Made by a program: the position numbers and the translations under genes. Of a DNA stretch of 64,000 nucleotides, positions 8,731 through 17,385 are shown piece after piece. Under the pieces are notes generated by a model that did not search any database, was not told the origin of the DNA, and was given only the letters and a program-made list of their open reading frames with translations. Location of the stretch: positions 1-64,000 of the forward strand of contig JBDNIV010000017.1 of the NCBI GenBank assembly GCA_041688145.1, given 5' to 3'. The DNA is from Chlamydiia bacterium. Lineage in GTDB: Bacteria > Chlamydiota > Chlamydiia > Chlamydiales > JAAKFQ01. Position 1 is the stretch's first letter, and every line of letters begins with the position of its first letter.

Positions 8731-10029
8731 ATGGTTCAATTAAACATCCCCCCTTTAGCTGAGAAAGAGCGCCCCGAGAGCCTTGAGAGTATTGTAGGCC
8801 AAAGTCATCTTACCGCTAAAAATTCTCTTTTTTCTAAGCTTTTAAACTCTAAAAATCCAACTTCTCTTCTTTTTTGGGGGCCTCCTGGAGTAGGCAAAAC
8901 TACTTTAGCTCAAATTTATGGAAAAAGCTTAGAAGGACATTTTGTAAGCAGATCAGCATGTGACACTTCAATATCTGATATTAAAAAGCTTTTGCAAGAA
9001 ACAAGAGACTCTCCCCTATTCCATTCAAGACTCGTCCTCTTTTTAGATGAGATCCATAGATTCAATAAAACGCAGCAAGACTTCTTTTTACCTTTTGTAG
9101 AAAAAGGAGAACTTATACTTATTGGAGCTACCACTGAAAACCCCTCTTTTTCTCTAGCAAATGCTCTGCTTTCACGTTTGCATATCTTTGTTTTAACTCC
9201 CCTAGAAGATAAAGACCTTTTAGAGCTCATAAAACGCCATCAAGTTAAAAGTGCTTATCGGCTTTCTGAAGAGGCTAAAGAGCACTTAGCTTGCGCAGCT
9301 AACGGTGATGCAAGAGCTCTTTTTAATATGCTTGAAAACATCGAAAATTACGGCCCAGAAAAAACTAGCTTAGAAGATAAAGAGCATATCTCTCTTGAGG
9401 CTCTAAAGAGCCTACTTGCTACTCGCTTAGCCTATCATGACAAATCAGCTGATAAACACTACAACCTTATATCAGCCCTACATAAATCGATACGAGGCTC
9501 TGATCCCGATGCGGCTCTTTACTGGCTTGCTCGAATGTTGATCGGTGGAGAAGACCCTCTTTATATAGGCAGAAGGCTTATCCGCACAGCTATAGAAGAT
9601 ATAGGCTTAGCTGATCCTACAGCGCTCATGCTCACACAAAGTGCTATAGAAGCGTATCGCCAGTTGGGCTCTCCTGAAGGGGATCTGCTTTTAGCAGAAG
9701 CAGTCATTTACTTAGCGCTATCTCCTAAAAGCAACCGGTGTTATGTAGCGTATAAAAAAGCGGTAGCTCTTGCTAAAAGAACGCAAAAAGAGCCTCCCCC
9801 AGCTCATATTATAAATGCGCCTACGCCATTGATGAAAGAAATGGGATTTGGAAAAGGCTACGTCTATGACCACGATAATCCAGAAGATACATCTGCCCAA
9901 ACGTACTTCCCTGAAAGTGTAAGGTTAGATGAGCCTCTTTATGAACCCGTAGAAAGAGGAGCTGAGCGTGATATGAAAAAACGCTTAGAGTACTTCAAAA
10001 AGCTAAAAGAGAGCTTATCTTCCTTCTAG
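8731..10029 (+). CDS. rarA: Replication-associated recombination protein A (MgsA/RarA AAA+)
   Basis: WGPPGVGKTT, LDEIHRFNK.QQD, GATTENPSF and SALHKSIRGSDPDAALYWLARML. TTG 8713 is an alternative start. Confidence 0.95.
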   Translation: MVQLNIPPLAEKERPESLESIVGQSHLTAKNSLFSKLLNSKNPTSLLFWGPPGVGKTTLAQIYGKSLEGHFVSRSACDTSISDIKKLLQETRDSPLFHSRLVLFLDEIHRFNKTQQDFFLPFVEKGELILIGATTENPSFSLANALLSRLHIFVLTPLEDKDLLELIKRHQVKSAYRLSEEAKEHLACAANGDARALFNMLENIENYGPEKTSLEDKEHISLEALKSLLATRLAYHDKSADKHYNLISALHKSIRGSDPDAALYWLARMLIGGEDPLYIGRRLIRTAIEDIGLADPTALMLTQSAIEAYRQLGSPEGDLLLAEAVIYLALSPKSNRCYVAYKKAVALAKRTQKEPPPAHIINAPTPLMKEMGFGKGYVYDHDNPEDTSAQTYFPESVRLDEPLYEPVERGAERDMKKRLEYFKKLKESLSSF

Positions 10030-10094
10030 ATTTAGGCACATCCTAGTATGACCCCAGGAATAATTACTGTGAGTGCATAAGCTCCAGGCCCCAT

Positions 10095-10406
10095 TTAAAG
10101 ACAGCTTAAGTAGTTGATGTTACGCGCAGCTAGATTCATAACGCCCCAAGGAATAAATGTTGATAGTCCTATTGCAGTTATGGTCATTGTAGATTTAGTA
10201 AATTTGCCTTTATCAAAAAGGCCCTCCACAATATTATTTAATCTATCAGCAGCTGCTACTACAAGATCCTGAACTGGGGTTTTAAGAAACAAAGCCCCTG
10301 CAGCTCCTAAACACAATACACTTCTTCCTAAATAGGGAGCCGCTTGAAGAGCGCCGCTAGCTATACATGGAGCTAATGCTCCTAATTTATTCAATGCTGT
10401 TGCCAT
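10095..10406 (-). CDS. Small hydrophobic hypothetical protein
   Basis: 103-aa ORF with an AGGA RBS and two hydrophobic stretches. Confidence 0.6.
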   Translation of the reverse strand: MATALNKLGALAPCIASGALQAAPYLGRSVLCLGAAGALFLKTPVQDLVVAAADRLNNIVEGLFDKGKFTKSTMTITAIGLSTFIPWGVMNLAARNINYLSCL

Positions 10407-10588
10407 CTGTAGTTTTCCTATGATTTATTTTTTCTTTTAATCGAGTGAAGCTCATTGTATTATTATAGAAAATAAAAATCAAGATTCTTATTCTTAAGAC
10501 GTTAGGTTAAAAATACTCCTAATAAATAAGATGCGTTTTGTCTTGATCGTTATTACCCTTACCCCTTAAGTTAGAGAGGATAGCAAAC

Positions 10589-11629
10589 TTGGCTCTAGGA
10601 GAGCGTGTGCACGAAGATCTTTTTAAAGACTACTCTTTTTTTGAATGCCCTCGTAACAAAGTCGCAAAACGGTTGGGAGCAGATAAGCTTTTAGCTGCTC
10701 TTGAAAAGATGCTGATGATCCGCAATCTAGAGACCCGGGCTGAAGCGGCTTATTTACAGGGCAAAGTGGGTGGGTTTTTTCACTCTTATATCGGGCAAGA
10801 AGCGATTCAGACAGCGATTGTAGAAGTCTTTGGCACAGCTCCTTGGTATGCTGCTTCATACCGTTGCCACGCTTTAGCTCTTCTTCTGGGAGCTACCCCT
10901 AATGAAATTATGGCGGAATTTTACGGAAAAAAAACGGGTAATGCTGGAGGAAAAGGCGGCTCTATGCACCTTTATACCGATAAGCTTTTAGGAGGCTTTG
11001 GTATTGTCGGTGGACAAGTCCCTATTGCGATAGGCGCAGCTTTTGCTAATAAATACCGAGATATCCCTGAGCCTGCCATCTGCTTTTTAGGTGATGGTGC
11101 TGTTGCTCAAGGTGCTTTTCATGAATCTCTAAACTTAGCTAGCCTTTGGGATTTACCGTGCATTATTGTGATTGAAAACAACGTCTGGGGCATGGGCACA
11201 CGAGTTAACCGGGCTATCTCTGAGTACCCCATCGCAGAAAAACAAGCTAAGTCTTATGGGATAGAATCATATACTATTGATGGAACGCAGTTTCTTGACT
11301 GCTATGAGGCTTTTTCTGAAATGAAAGAAAAGGTAGCTGAAAATGGAAAGCCAATACTTGTAGAAGTAGTGGTAGAGCGTTTTAAAGGTCACTCTGTTTC
11401 AGACCCGGCTCTTTACCGTGAAAAAGAAGATCTGCAAAAAATAACAAAGTGCTCAGACCCTATCCTACTGCTCAAAAAGCACATTGAACAATTAGGCGCT
11501 TTAGATGAAGAAGCTTTTAAAGCTTTAGATAAAAGCTGCAAGGATATTGCTTTAGAAGCTATGAAATATGCAGACTCAAGCCCTTGGCCTGATCCAATTT
11601 CTTTAGAGGAAGGCGTTTACGCGGAATAA
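10589..11629 (+). CDS. pdhA: Pyruvate dehydrogenase E1 alpha
   Basis: GFFHSYIGQEA, GKGGSMH, the GDGA...N TPP motif and GHS.SDP. Confidence 0.95.
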   Translation: MALGERVHEDLFKDYSFFECPRNKVAKRLGADKLLAALEKMLMIRNLETRAEAAYLQGKVGGFFHSYIGQEAIQTAIVEVFGTAPWYAASYRCHALALLLGATPNEIMAEFYGKKTGNAGGKGGSMHLYTDKLLGGFGIVGGQVPIAIGAAFANKYRDIPEPAICFLGDGAVAQGAFHESLNLASLWDLPCIIVIENNVWGMGTRVNRAISEYPIAEKQAKSYGIESYTIDGTQFLDCYEAFSEMKEKVAENGKPILVEVVVERFKGHSVSDPALYREKEDLQKITKCSDPILLLKKHIEQLGALDEEAFKALDKSCKDIALEAMKYADSSPWPDPISLEEGVYAE

Positions 11630-12633
11630 TGGACACACAAATAGTAGACATCAGAACCGCTCTTAGGCAGGCTATCGACGAAGAGATGACGCGCGATAAA
11701 ACTGTCTTTGTTATGGGAGAAGAGGTTGCCGAGTACAATGGCGCTTATAAAATCACAAAAGGTCTTTTAGATAAGTGGGGCCCTAAACGCATTATTGATA
11801 CACCTATTGCAGAGCTAGGTTTTATGGGTCTTGGTGTAGGAGCAGCTATGACAGGTGTAAGGCCTATTGTAGAACTTATGAGCTGGAATTTTTCCTTTGT
11901 TGGTTGCGATCAAATCATCTCTAATGCTGCTAAGATGCACTACATGTCTGATGGCCGCTTTAATGTGCCGATTGTTTTCAGAGGCCCTAATGGAGCTGCA
12001 GCTCAAGTCTCATGTCAGCACTCGCACTGTGTTGAGGCTTTCTATGCCAACCTTCCAGGCTTGATTGTTATATCTCCTAGTAATAGCTACGACGCTAAAG
12101 GCCTACTCAAGTCTGCTATACGCAATAACAACCCTGTACTTTTTTTAGAAAATGAACTGCAGTATGGCGAAGAGATGGAGATACCTACTAAGGAGTATCT
12201 CGTTCCTATTGGAAAGGCTAAGATCATCAAAGAGGGAAAAGATTTAACACTTATTAGCCATAGCCGGATGCTTAACTTCTGCAAAGAAGCAGCAGCTCAG
12301 CTAAAGACTCGTGGCATTGATGTAGAAATCATTGACTTAAGAACTATTAAGCCTCTTGATATCGCAACTATCACTACTTCTGTAAAAAAGACGCATATGT
12401 GTCTTTTAGTAGAGGAAGGCCATCTCTTTTCAGGCATTACCGCAGAAGTTGGCTTTGAAGTTCAAAACCGTTGTTTTGACTTTCTAGATGCCCCAGTTGA
12501 GCGCATCTGCCAAAAAGAGACCCCTATGCCTTATTCTAAAGTACTTGAGGCTGAAACAATGCCCACTACACAAAAAATTGTACGCACAGCGCTGAGCATG
12601 CGCCCAAATCTAAGCGCTAAAGGAGCTTCATAA
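11629..12633 (+). CDS. pdhB: Pyruvate dehydrogenase E1 beta
   Basis: GEEVAEYNGAYKIT, DTPIAE, FRGPNG and IDLRTIKPLD. Confidence 0.96.
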   Translation: MDTQIVDIRTALRQAIDEEMTRDKTVFVMGEEVAEYNGAYKITKGLLDKWGPKRIIDTPIAELGFMGLGVGAAMTGVRPIVELMSWNFSFVGCDQIISNAAKMHYMSDGRFNVPIVFRGPNGAAAQVSCQHSHCVEAFYANLPGLIVISPSNSYDAKGLLKSAIRNNNPVLFLENELQYGEEMEIPTKEYLVPIGKAKIIKEGKDLTLISHSRMLNFCKEAAAQLKTRGIDVEIIDLRTIKPLDIATITTSVKKTHMCLLVEEGHLFSGITAEVGFEVQNRCFDFLDAPVERICQKETPMPYSKVLEAETMPTTQKIVRTALSMRPNLSAKGAS

Positions 12634-13928
12634 TGGCTTTTACACTGACTATGCCAAAACTTTCTCCCACGATGGAAGAGGGCTCAATTGTTAAATGGCA
12701 CAAACAGCCAGGAGACTTAGCTGAAGCTGGCAGCCTACTTATTGAGGTAGCAACTGATAAAGCCACTGTAGAATACAACGCGCTTGATGAAGGGTATGTA
12801 AGAAAGATCATTATCCCTGAAGGCTCTAAAGCTAAAGTCGGCGATCCTATTGCTATTTTTTCAGAATCTGCTGATGAAGATATCACAAACTATAAGCCTG
12901 AAGGGGTCTCTAAAGGCCCAAGCCCAAGTAGCACATCTGCTTCTCAAGAGGCGCCTCGAGATGAAAAGAGCGCATCTCCAAGCTCACCCCCTCCGAGCCC
13001 AGCTCCCGGTCTAGAACAGCCTATATTCACACCTGCCCCCCCGCTTAATCATGACGTAGATATTGGCGTCACAAGTAAAGCTGCTTCGCCTCTAGCGAAG
13101 AGGCTTGCGAAAGAAAAAAACATCGATATCGAAAATTTACAGGGCTCAGGGCCTGGAGGGCGGGTAGTAAGCCGCGACCTTCCTCATGCTCTGACAAAGG
13201 GAGTTATCCAATTCCATAGCCAAAAAAAACCGACAGAAAAAGCAGGAGCTTATTCAGAAGAGCCTTTATCTCAAATGAGAAAGGCTATTGGCAAGCGCCT
13301 CCAAGCTTCTAAGACATTTATCCCCCACTTTTATGTAGGCCAAAAAATTGATGTCACATGTCTTATGGAGCTAAGAGCTCAGCTAAAAGCGCTTGGTATT
13401 AAGCTTACTGTGAATGATTTCATCACAAAGGCATGCGCCATTGCCCTTGAGCATTACCCAGCAATCAATAGCGGCTACAACTCTGAAAACAATACAATCA
13501 TCCGTTTTAAAACTGTGGGCATTTGCATAGCTGTTCAAATAGACGCTGGGCTCATTACGCCTATAGTGCAGCACGCAAACTTCAAGCGTATTGATCAAAT
13601 CTCTCAAGAGATAAAGGCACTCGCTGCCAAGGCTAAAGAAGGGACTCTCAAGCCTGAAGAGTTTCAAGGTGGCTCTTTTACTATCTCGAACTTAGGCTCG
13701 TATGGAGTTACTCAATTTGGAGCTATTTTGAATCCCCCACAAGCTGCTATTTTAGCCGTTGCTGGTATTGAAGAGGCCGCGATCATCAAAGATGGCAAGC
13801 CTGTAGCTGCTGAGCAGATGACACTCACCTTATCATGCGACCATAGAGTTGTTGATGGTGCAGATGCTGCACAGTTTCTAAAAGCGCTTAAAGGCCTTTT
13901 AGAAAATCCAGCCGGTCTTATCCTTTAA
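12633..13928 (+). CDS. pdhC: Pyruvate dehydrogenase E2 dihydrolipoamide acetyltransferase
   Basis: MPKLSPTMEEG, lipoyl motif EVATDKA, E3-binding ASPLAK...GSGPGGR and catalytic DHRVVDG. Confidence 0.96.
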   Translation: MAFTLTMPKLSPTMEEGSIVKWHKQPGDLAEAGSLLIEVATDKATVEYNALDEGYVRKIIIPEGSKAKVGDPIAIFSESADEDITNYKPEGVSKGPSPSSTSASQEAPRDEKSASPSSPPPSPAPGLEQPIFTPAPPLNHDVDIGVTSKAASPLAKRLAKEKNIDIENLQGSGPGGRVVSRDLPHALTKGVIQFHSQKKPTEKAGAYSEEPLSQMRKAIGKRLQASKTFIPHFYVGQKIDVTCLMELRAQLKALGIKLTVNDFITKACAIALEHYPAINSGYNSENNTIIRFKTVGICIAVQIDAGLITPIVQHANFKRIDQISQEIKALAAKAKEGTLKPEEFQGGSFTISNLGSYGVTQFGAILNPPQAAILAVAGIEEAAIIKDGKPVAAEQMTLTLSCDHRVVDGADAAQFLKALKGLLENPAGLIL

Positions 13929-14719
13929 TGTCGACTTCATGGGAAGATGGCGCTAAGTGGTATAGCGCTTTAGTGGGTAGCACAGGCCACTACTATCATG
14001 AGCATGTGATTTTACCCAAGCTTCAAGAAATCTTTGACAAGAGCTCGGATATTTCTCTTCTAGATCTTGCTTGTGGCAATGCTGTAGCAACCTCTCTTCT
14101 TCCTAAAGGCTCAACTTACTTTGGTGTGGACGCTTCGAAAAGCCTTATCGAGGATGCTCGTAAAAGGCTCAAAAATCTAAAAGGCAAAAACCTTGAACTC
14201 TGTTTTGAGTGCCATGACATCACAAAGCCATTTGAACTCACTAGTAAAAGCATTGGGTCTATGAAGAACTCTTTTTCTCATGCACTTATTATGTTAGCTC
14301 TGCAAAACCTTGAGGATCCTCTTGGTGCTTTAGAAAATGCTAAAAAATACCTAAAGCCAAATGGCAAGCTTATCTTAATTCTTAATCACCCCTGCTTTCG
14401 AATTCCCCGACAAAGTCACTGGGGCGTTGATCCTAAAAAAAATCTCCAATACCGGAGACTGGATAGCTACCTCTCTAATCAAGCGATACCCATTCAGATG
14501 AATCCCAGTAAACAACAGAGTAAAGAGCTTAAGGCATTCCACTACCCTCTAGAAGCTATTTTTGGCTTTTTAAAAAAAGCAGGCTTTTGCACAGAAGATT
14601 TCCAAGAGTGGATCTCTGATAAAAAAAGTACAGGTGGGAGCGCAAAAAGAGAGAATAGAGCTCGCAAAGAGTTTCCTCTATTTTGCGCTATTGTAGCTCG
14701 ATCAGACGCAAATTCATAA
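13928..14719 (+). CDS. Class I SAM-dependent methyltransferase
   Basis: LLDLACGN, GVDAS, LKPNGKL and NHPCFRIP. Coupled to pdhC. Confidence 0.85.
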   Translation: MSTSWEDGAKWYSALVGSTGHYYHEHVILPKLQEIFDKSSDISLLDLACGNAVATSLLPKGSTYFGVDASKSLIEDARKRLKNLKGKNLELCFECHDITKPFELTSKSIGSMKNSFSHALIMLALQNLEDPLGALENAKKYLKPNGKLILILNHPCFRIPRQSHWGVDPKKNLQYRRLDSYLSNQAIPIQMNPSKQQSKELKAFHYPLEAIFGFLKKAGFCTEDFQEWISDKKSTGGSAKRENRARKEFPLFCAIVARSDANS

Positions 14720-14803
14720 ATTTTTCTTTATCTCTTCATTGCGTGAAAAGCAGCCTTGCTAGACAATGGACCTAAAATTATTTCCTTTAGAGGAGGGATT
14801 ATT

Positions 14804-15688
14804 ATGGTTGGATTATTATTCGCATATCCTAGACAAGCTATTTGGGAACAAATACGCCCGGCTGTTTTACAGGGCAATCAAATGCTTAATTCTTTGAACC
14901 TTCCTGTTGATCGTCTTTTGTATAGAGGAATAAAATCTGCATGTAAAAAAGAGGTTTTATCAGGCCTTTATATCCTTTTTTTACTTCGAGAAAAGCCCTC
15001 TGCTATAGCTTTAACGTTTGGGGCTGTATCAGTTTTTACAATCCGAGGGCTTTACGATAAGTTTACATCAAAAAAAGGTCCCCTTCAAGCTACCGCGGCA
15101 GATCTTATAGGAGATGGTAGGCAAAGTAGGCAGCTCCTAGGTAAGGCCCATTTTAAAACTTTTGTGAGCTGGTTTGATCCTTCTCAAAATATTTTAGACT
15201 ATGAAATTGAATCTAAAACACAACAGAATGAAGACCTACGTGCTGAGGTAGGAGATGCTGATACAGAAGGCTTACAACAACATCTTATTAATGCTCAAAA
15301 GATAGCCGATGGAGAGCTTCTTGACGATGCTCATGTAAACCCTGTGAGGCTCGCGTCTGGTGTACCCAACTCAGCTGGCACTCCAGCTAGAGATAAGGCC
15401 CCTGAATGGAAAGAAGCTCTTGAAAGAAAAATTCATAGCAAAGAGGTTGAATCTCAAGCTTTAGAGGCTAAAATAGCTGCGCTTAGGCTTAAAAAAGATC
15501 CTAGCTTAAATACATGCCGCATTGAAGATATTGCTGTTGTAACACTTGGTCTATGGGTTGCAAGTAAATTTCCCGTTGTGGGCTGGATAGTAGAAGCTGT
15601 TGCTGTAGTGGGATGTCTTGTTTTAGGTGGCCTTGGGGGAAGCTTGGCTTACCAATTTGCTATAGAACCAGATACAATAGAAGCCTAA
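14804..15688 (+). CDS. Hypothetical membrane/coiled-coil protein (Inc-like candidate)
   Basis: AGGAGG precedes ATG 14804. Coiled-coil-like stretches and a long C-terminal bilobed hydrophobic region. Confidence 0.65.
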   Translation: MVGLLFAYPRQAIWEQIRPAVLQGNQMLNSLNLPVDRLLYRGIKSACKKEVLSGLYILFLLREKPSAIALTFGAVSVFTIRGLYDKFTSKKGPLQATAADLIGDGRQSRQLLGKAHFKTFVSWFDPSQNILDYEIESKTQQNEDLRAEVGDADTEGLQQHLINAQKIADGELLDDAHVNPVRLASGVPNSAGTPARDKAPEWKEALERKIHSKEVESQALEAKIAALRLKKDPSLNTCRIEDIAVVTLGLWVASKFPVVGWIVEAVAVVGCLVLGGLGGSLAYQFAIEPDTIEA

Positions 15689-15846
15689 GAAAGGCTATAT
15701 CCTGCTCTGCTCTTCAGAGCTATGCTAAGCAAACAGAAATTACTATTGAATGCCAACTTTCAGATGGAAGCAGGTCTGGCTCTCCAACAAATGTCTTCTT
15801 TTGACATTCATTTTAAAAATCTGTCTTTAATAAATATTGGAAAGGA

Positions 15847-15920
15847 TAGCGGCAGTCGGATTCGAACCAACGACACCCGGATTATGATTCCGGTGCTCTA
15901 ACCAACTGAGCTATGCCGCC
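15847..15920 (-). tRNA. tRNA-Met(CAT), probably elongator
   Basis: GGCGGCATAGCTCAGTTGGTTAGAGCACCGGAATCATAATCCGGGTGTCGTTGGTTCGAATCCGACTGCCGCTA folds as a cloverleaf with a CAT anticodon and no encoded CCA. tRNA-Ile2 is not fully excluded. Confidence 0.92.
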
Positions 15921-15935
15921 GTCGGCTAAAAAAAT

Positions 15936-16008
15936 TAGCGGGGAAAGGATTCGAACCTCCGACCTTTGGGTTATGAGCCCAACGAGCTGACCACTGCTCC
16001 ACCCCGCG
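15936..16008 (-). tRNA. Initiator tRNA-fMet(CAT)
   Basis: CGCGGGGTGGAGCAG...TTGGGCTCATAACCCAA...GGTTCGAATCC...CCCCGCTA has an unpaired C1 and three G:C pairs in the anticodon stem. Confidence 0.95.
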
Positions 16009-16018
16009 ATAGAAGATT

Positions 16019-16048
16019 AGCTTAGCGCATAAGAGACATTTAACTCAA
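16019..16048 (-). promoter_or_regulatory. Candidate sigma66/sigma70 promoter of the tRNA pair
   Basis: TTGAGT-18 nt-TAAGCT lies just upstream of tRNA-fMet and overlaps the waaA stop. Confidence 0.4.
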
Positions 16049-17385
16049 GGAGCAAGAGATACATTTGAAGAGATAAGAGCTTCTCTACTTGCAAAAGTTT
16101 TTTCCAAAATAGACTCTAGAGCTTTAAGAGTCGCTTCAGAGCTGCCTTGACACTCTTTAATAAGAGCTTCTCCCCTTTGCACTAAGGCTTTTCTTAGATT
16201 CGGGTCTGTCAAAAGAGCCTCTATATCTCTACCCAGCTCATCTGGCATAGATTCAATCCCAGCTTTAGCTCCAAGCGTTTTTTCTCGCATAGGTAATTGC
16301 GTATACATATGAGGACCAAAGACAAGAGCTGATCTTGCCAAAAGAGGCTCAAAGATATTGTGCCCCCCTATTTTAGAAGTGAAGCTACCTGCAACAATTG
16401 AGATGTCTGCAATAGTATACAAAGGGCATAAAAGGCCCATCTGATCAACGAGTAATAAGCGAGCAGGCTTTAGAGGTTTATCTTTAGATAAATCTAGGTG
16501 ACTATAGCGATCAGCTTTGTAGCTGGTTCGGCTTAGAAAATCAAAGACCCCATCCCACCTTTGGGGATGACGAGGCACAAAGATAAGATGAAGCGTCTTG
16601 TCTTTGTCTAAAAGCGGTTTTAGCTGATTGAAAATTAGCTCTTCTTCTGTGGGATGAGTTGAGCCAATGACAATAATCTTGTCGCTTTTTGTATAGCCAA
16701 GTTTTTCTCTAAGATCGCTTTTAGGATAAAAAGGCTCATCGTACTTGAGATTGCCAGTTACACTCACTTGAGATGAGCTTTTACCAAGCGCGCAAAACCG
16801 CTCTTTGTAAAGCTCAGACTGGCATGCAATATGATCGATGGGGGCAAGCAGCTTTTTTGAAAAAAAAGAGAACTTTTTAAACCTGGAAAAACTTTTTTCT
16901 GAAAGTTTAGCGCTCGCTAAAAAGATTGCAGATCCCCTTTTTTTAGCTTCTGATAAAAAATTCAGCCATAGATCCCCTTCTGAAAGGATAATAATATCAG
17001 GCTGAGCTACATCTAAAAGGCGGCGAACAGGTCCTTTGAAATCTATGGGGAAAAAAGTGTACAGATTAGCATCTTTTAAAAAGTTTTTTGCAGCTGTATG
17101 GCCTGTTTGGGTGATAGAGGTAATAGTAAAAAAAGCATCTGGGTATCTTGCTCTTAAACGATTATAAAGAGGCGCTATAGCTTTAGCTTCACCTACAGAA
17201 ACGGCATGGATCAAAAAGCGAAGTGGCTTTTCACCAGCTTTTAAGCTTTTAGAACGCTCTATATCTTCTATTTTCGGCAAGTTACTATTAAACCTCACCC
17301 TCACATCGCACCATTTACCTTTGAAAAGGCGGGATATACTTGCAAAGGCGGCCCATAAGCCTAAAGCGCCTGTGTATAATATCAT
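16045..17385 (-). CDS. waaA: 3-deoxy-D-manno-octulosonic acid (Kdo) transferase
   Basis: IHAVSVGE, TGNLKYD, GSTHPTEE, VPRHPQR and GGHNIFEP. ATGA-coupled to leuS. Confidence 0.94.
   Translation of the reverse strand: MILYTGALGLWAAFASISRLFKGKWCDVRVRFNSNLPKIEDIERSKSLKAGEKPLRFLIHAVSVGEAKAIAPLYNRLRARYPDAFFTITSITQTGHTAAKNFLKDANLYTFFPIDFKGPVRRLLDVAQPDIIILSEGDLWLNFLSEAKKRGSAIFLASAKLSEKSFSRFKKFSFFSKKLLAPIDHIACQSELYKERFCALGKSSSQVSVTGNLKYDEPFYPKSDLREKLGYTKSDKIIVIGSTHPTEEELIFNQLKPLLDKDKTLHLIFVPRHPQRWDGVFDFLSRTSYKADRYSHLDLSKDKPLKPARLLLVDQMGLLCPLYTIADISIVAGSFTSKIGGHNIFEPLLARSALVFGPHMYTQLPMREKTLGAKAGIESMPDELGRDIEALLTDPNLRKALVQRGEALIKECQGSSEATLKALESILEKTFASREALISSNVSLAP

Noticed and set aside
15690..16010. 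Integrative element at the tRNA pair
   Set aside because: No integrase and no duplicated tRNA 3' end were seen in the window.
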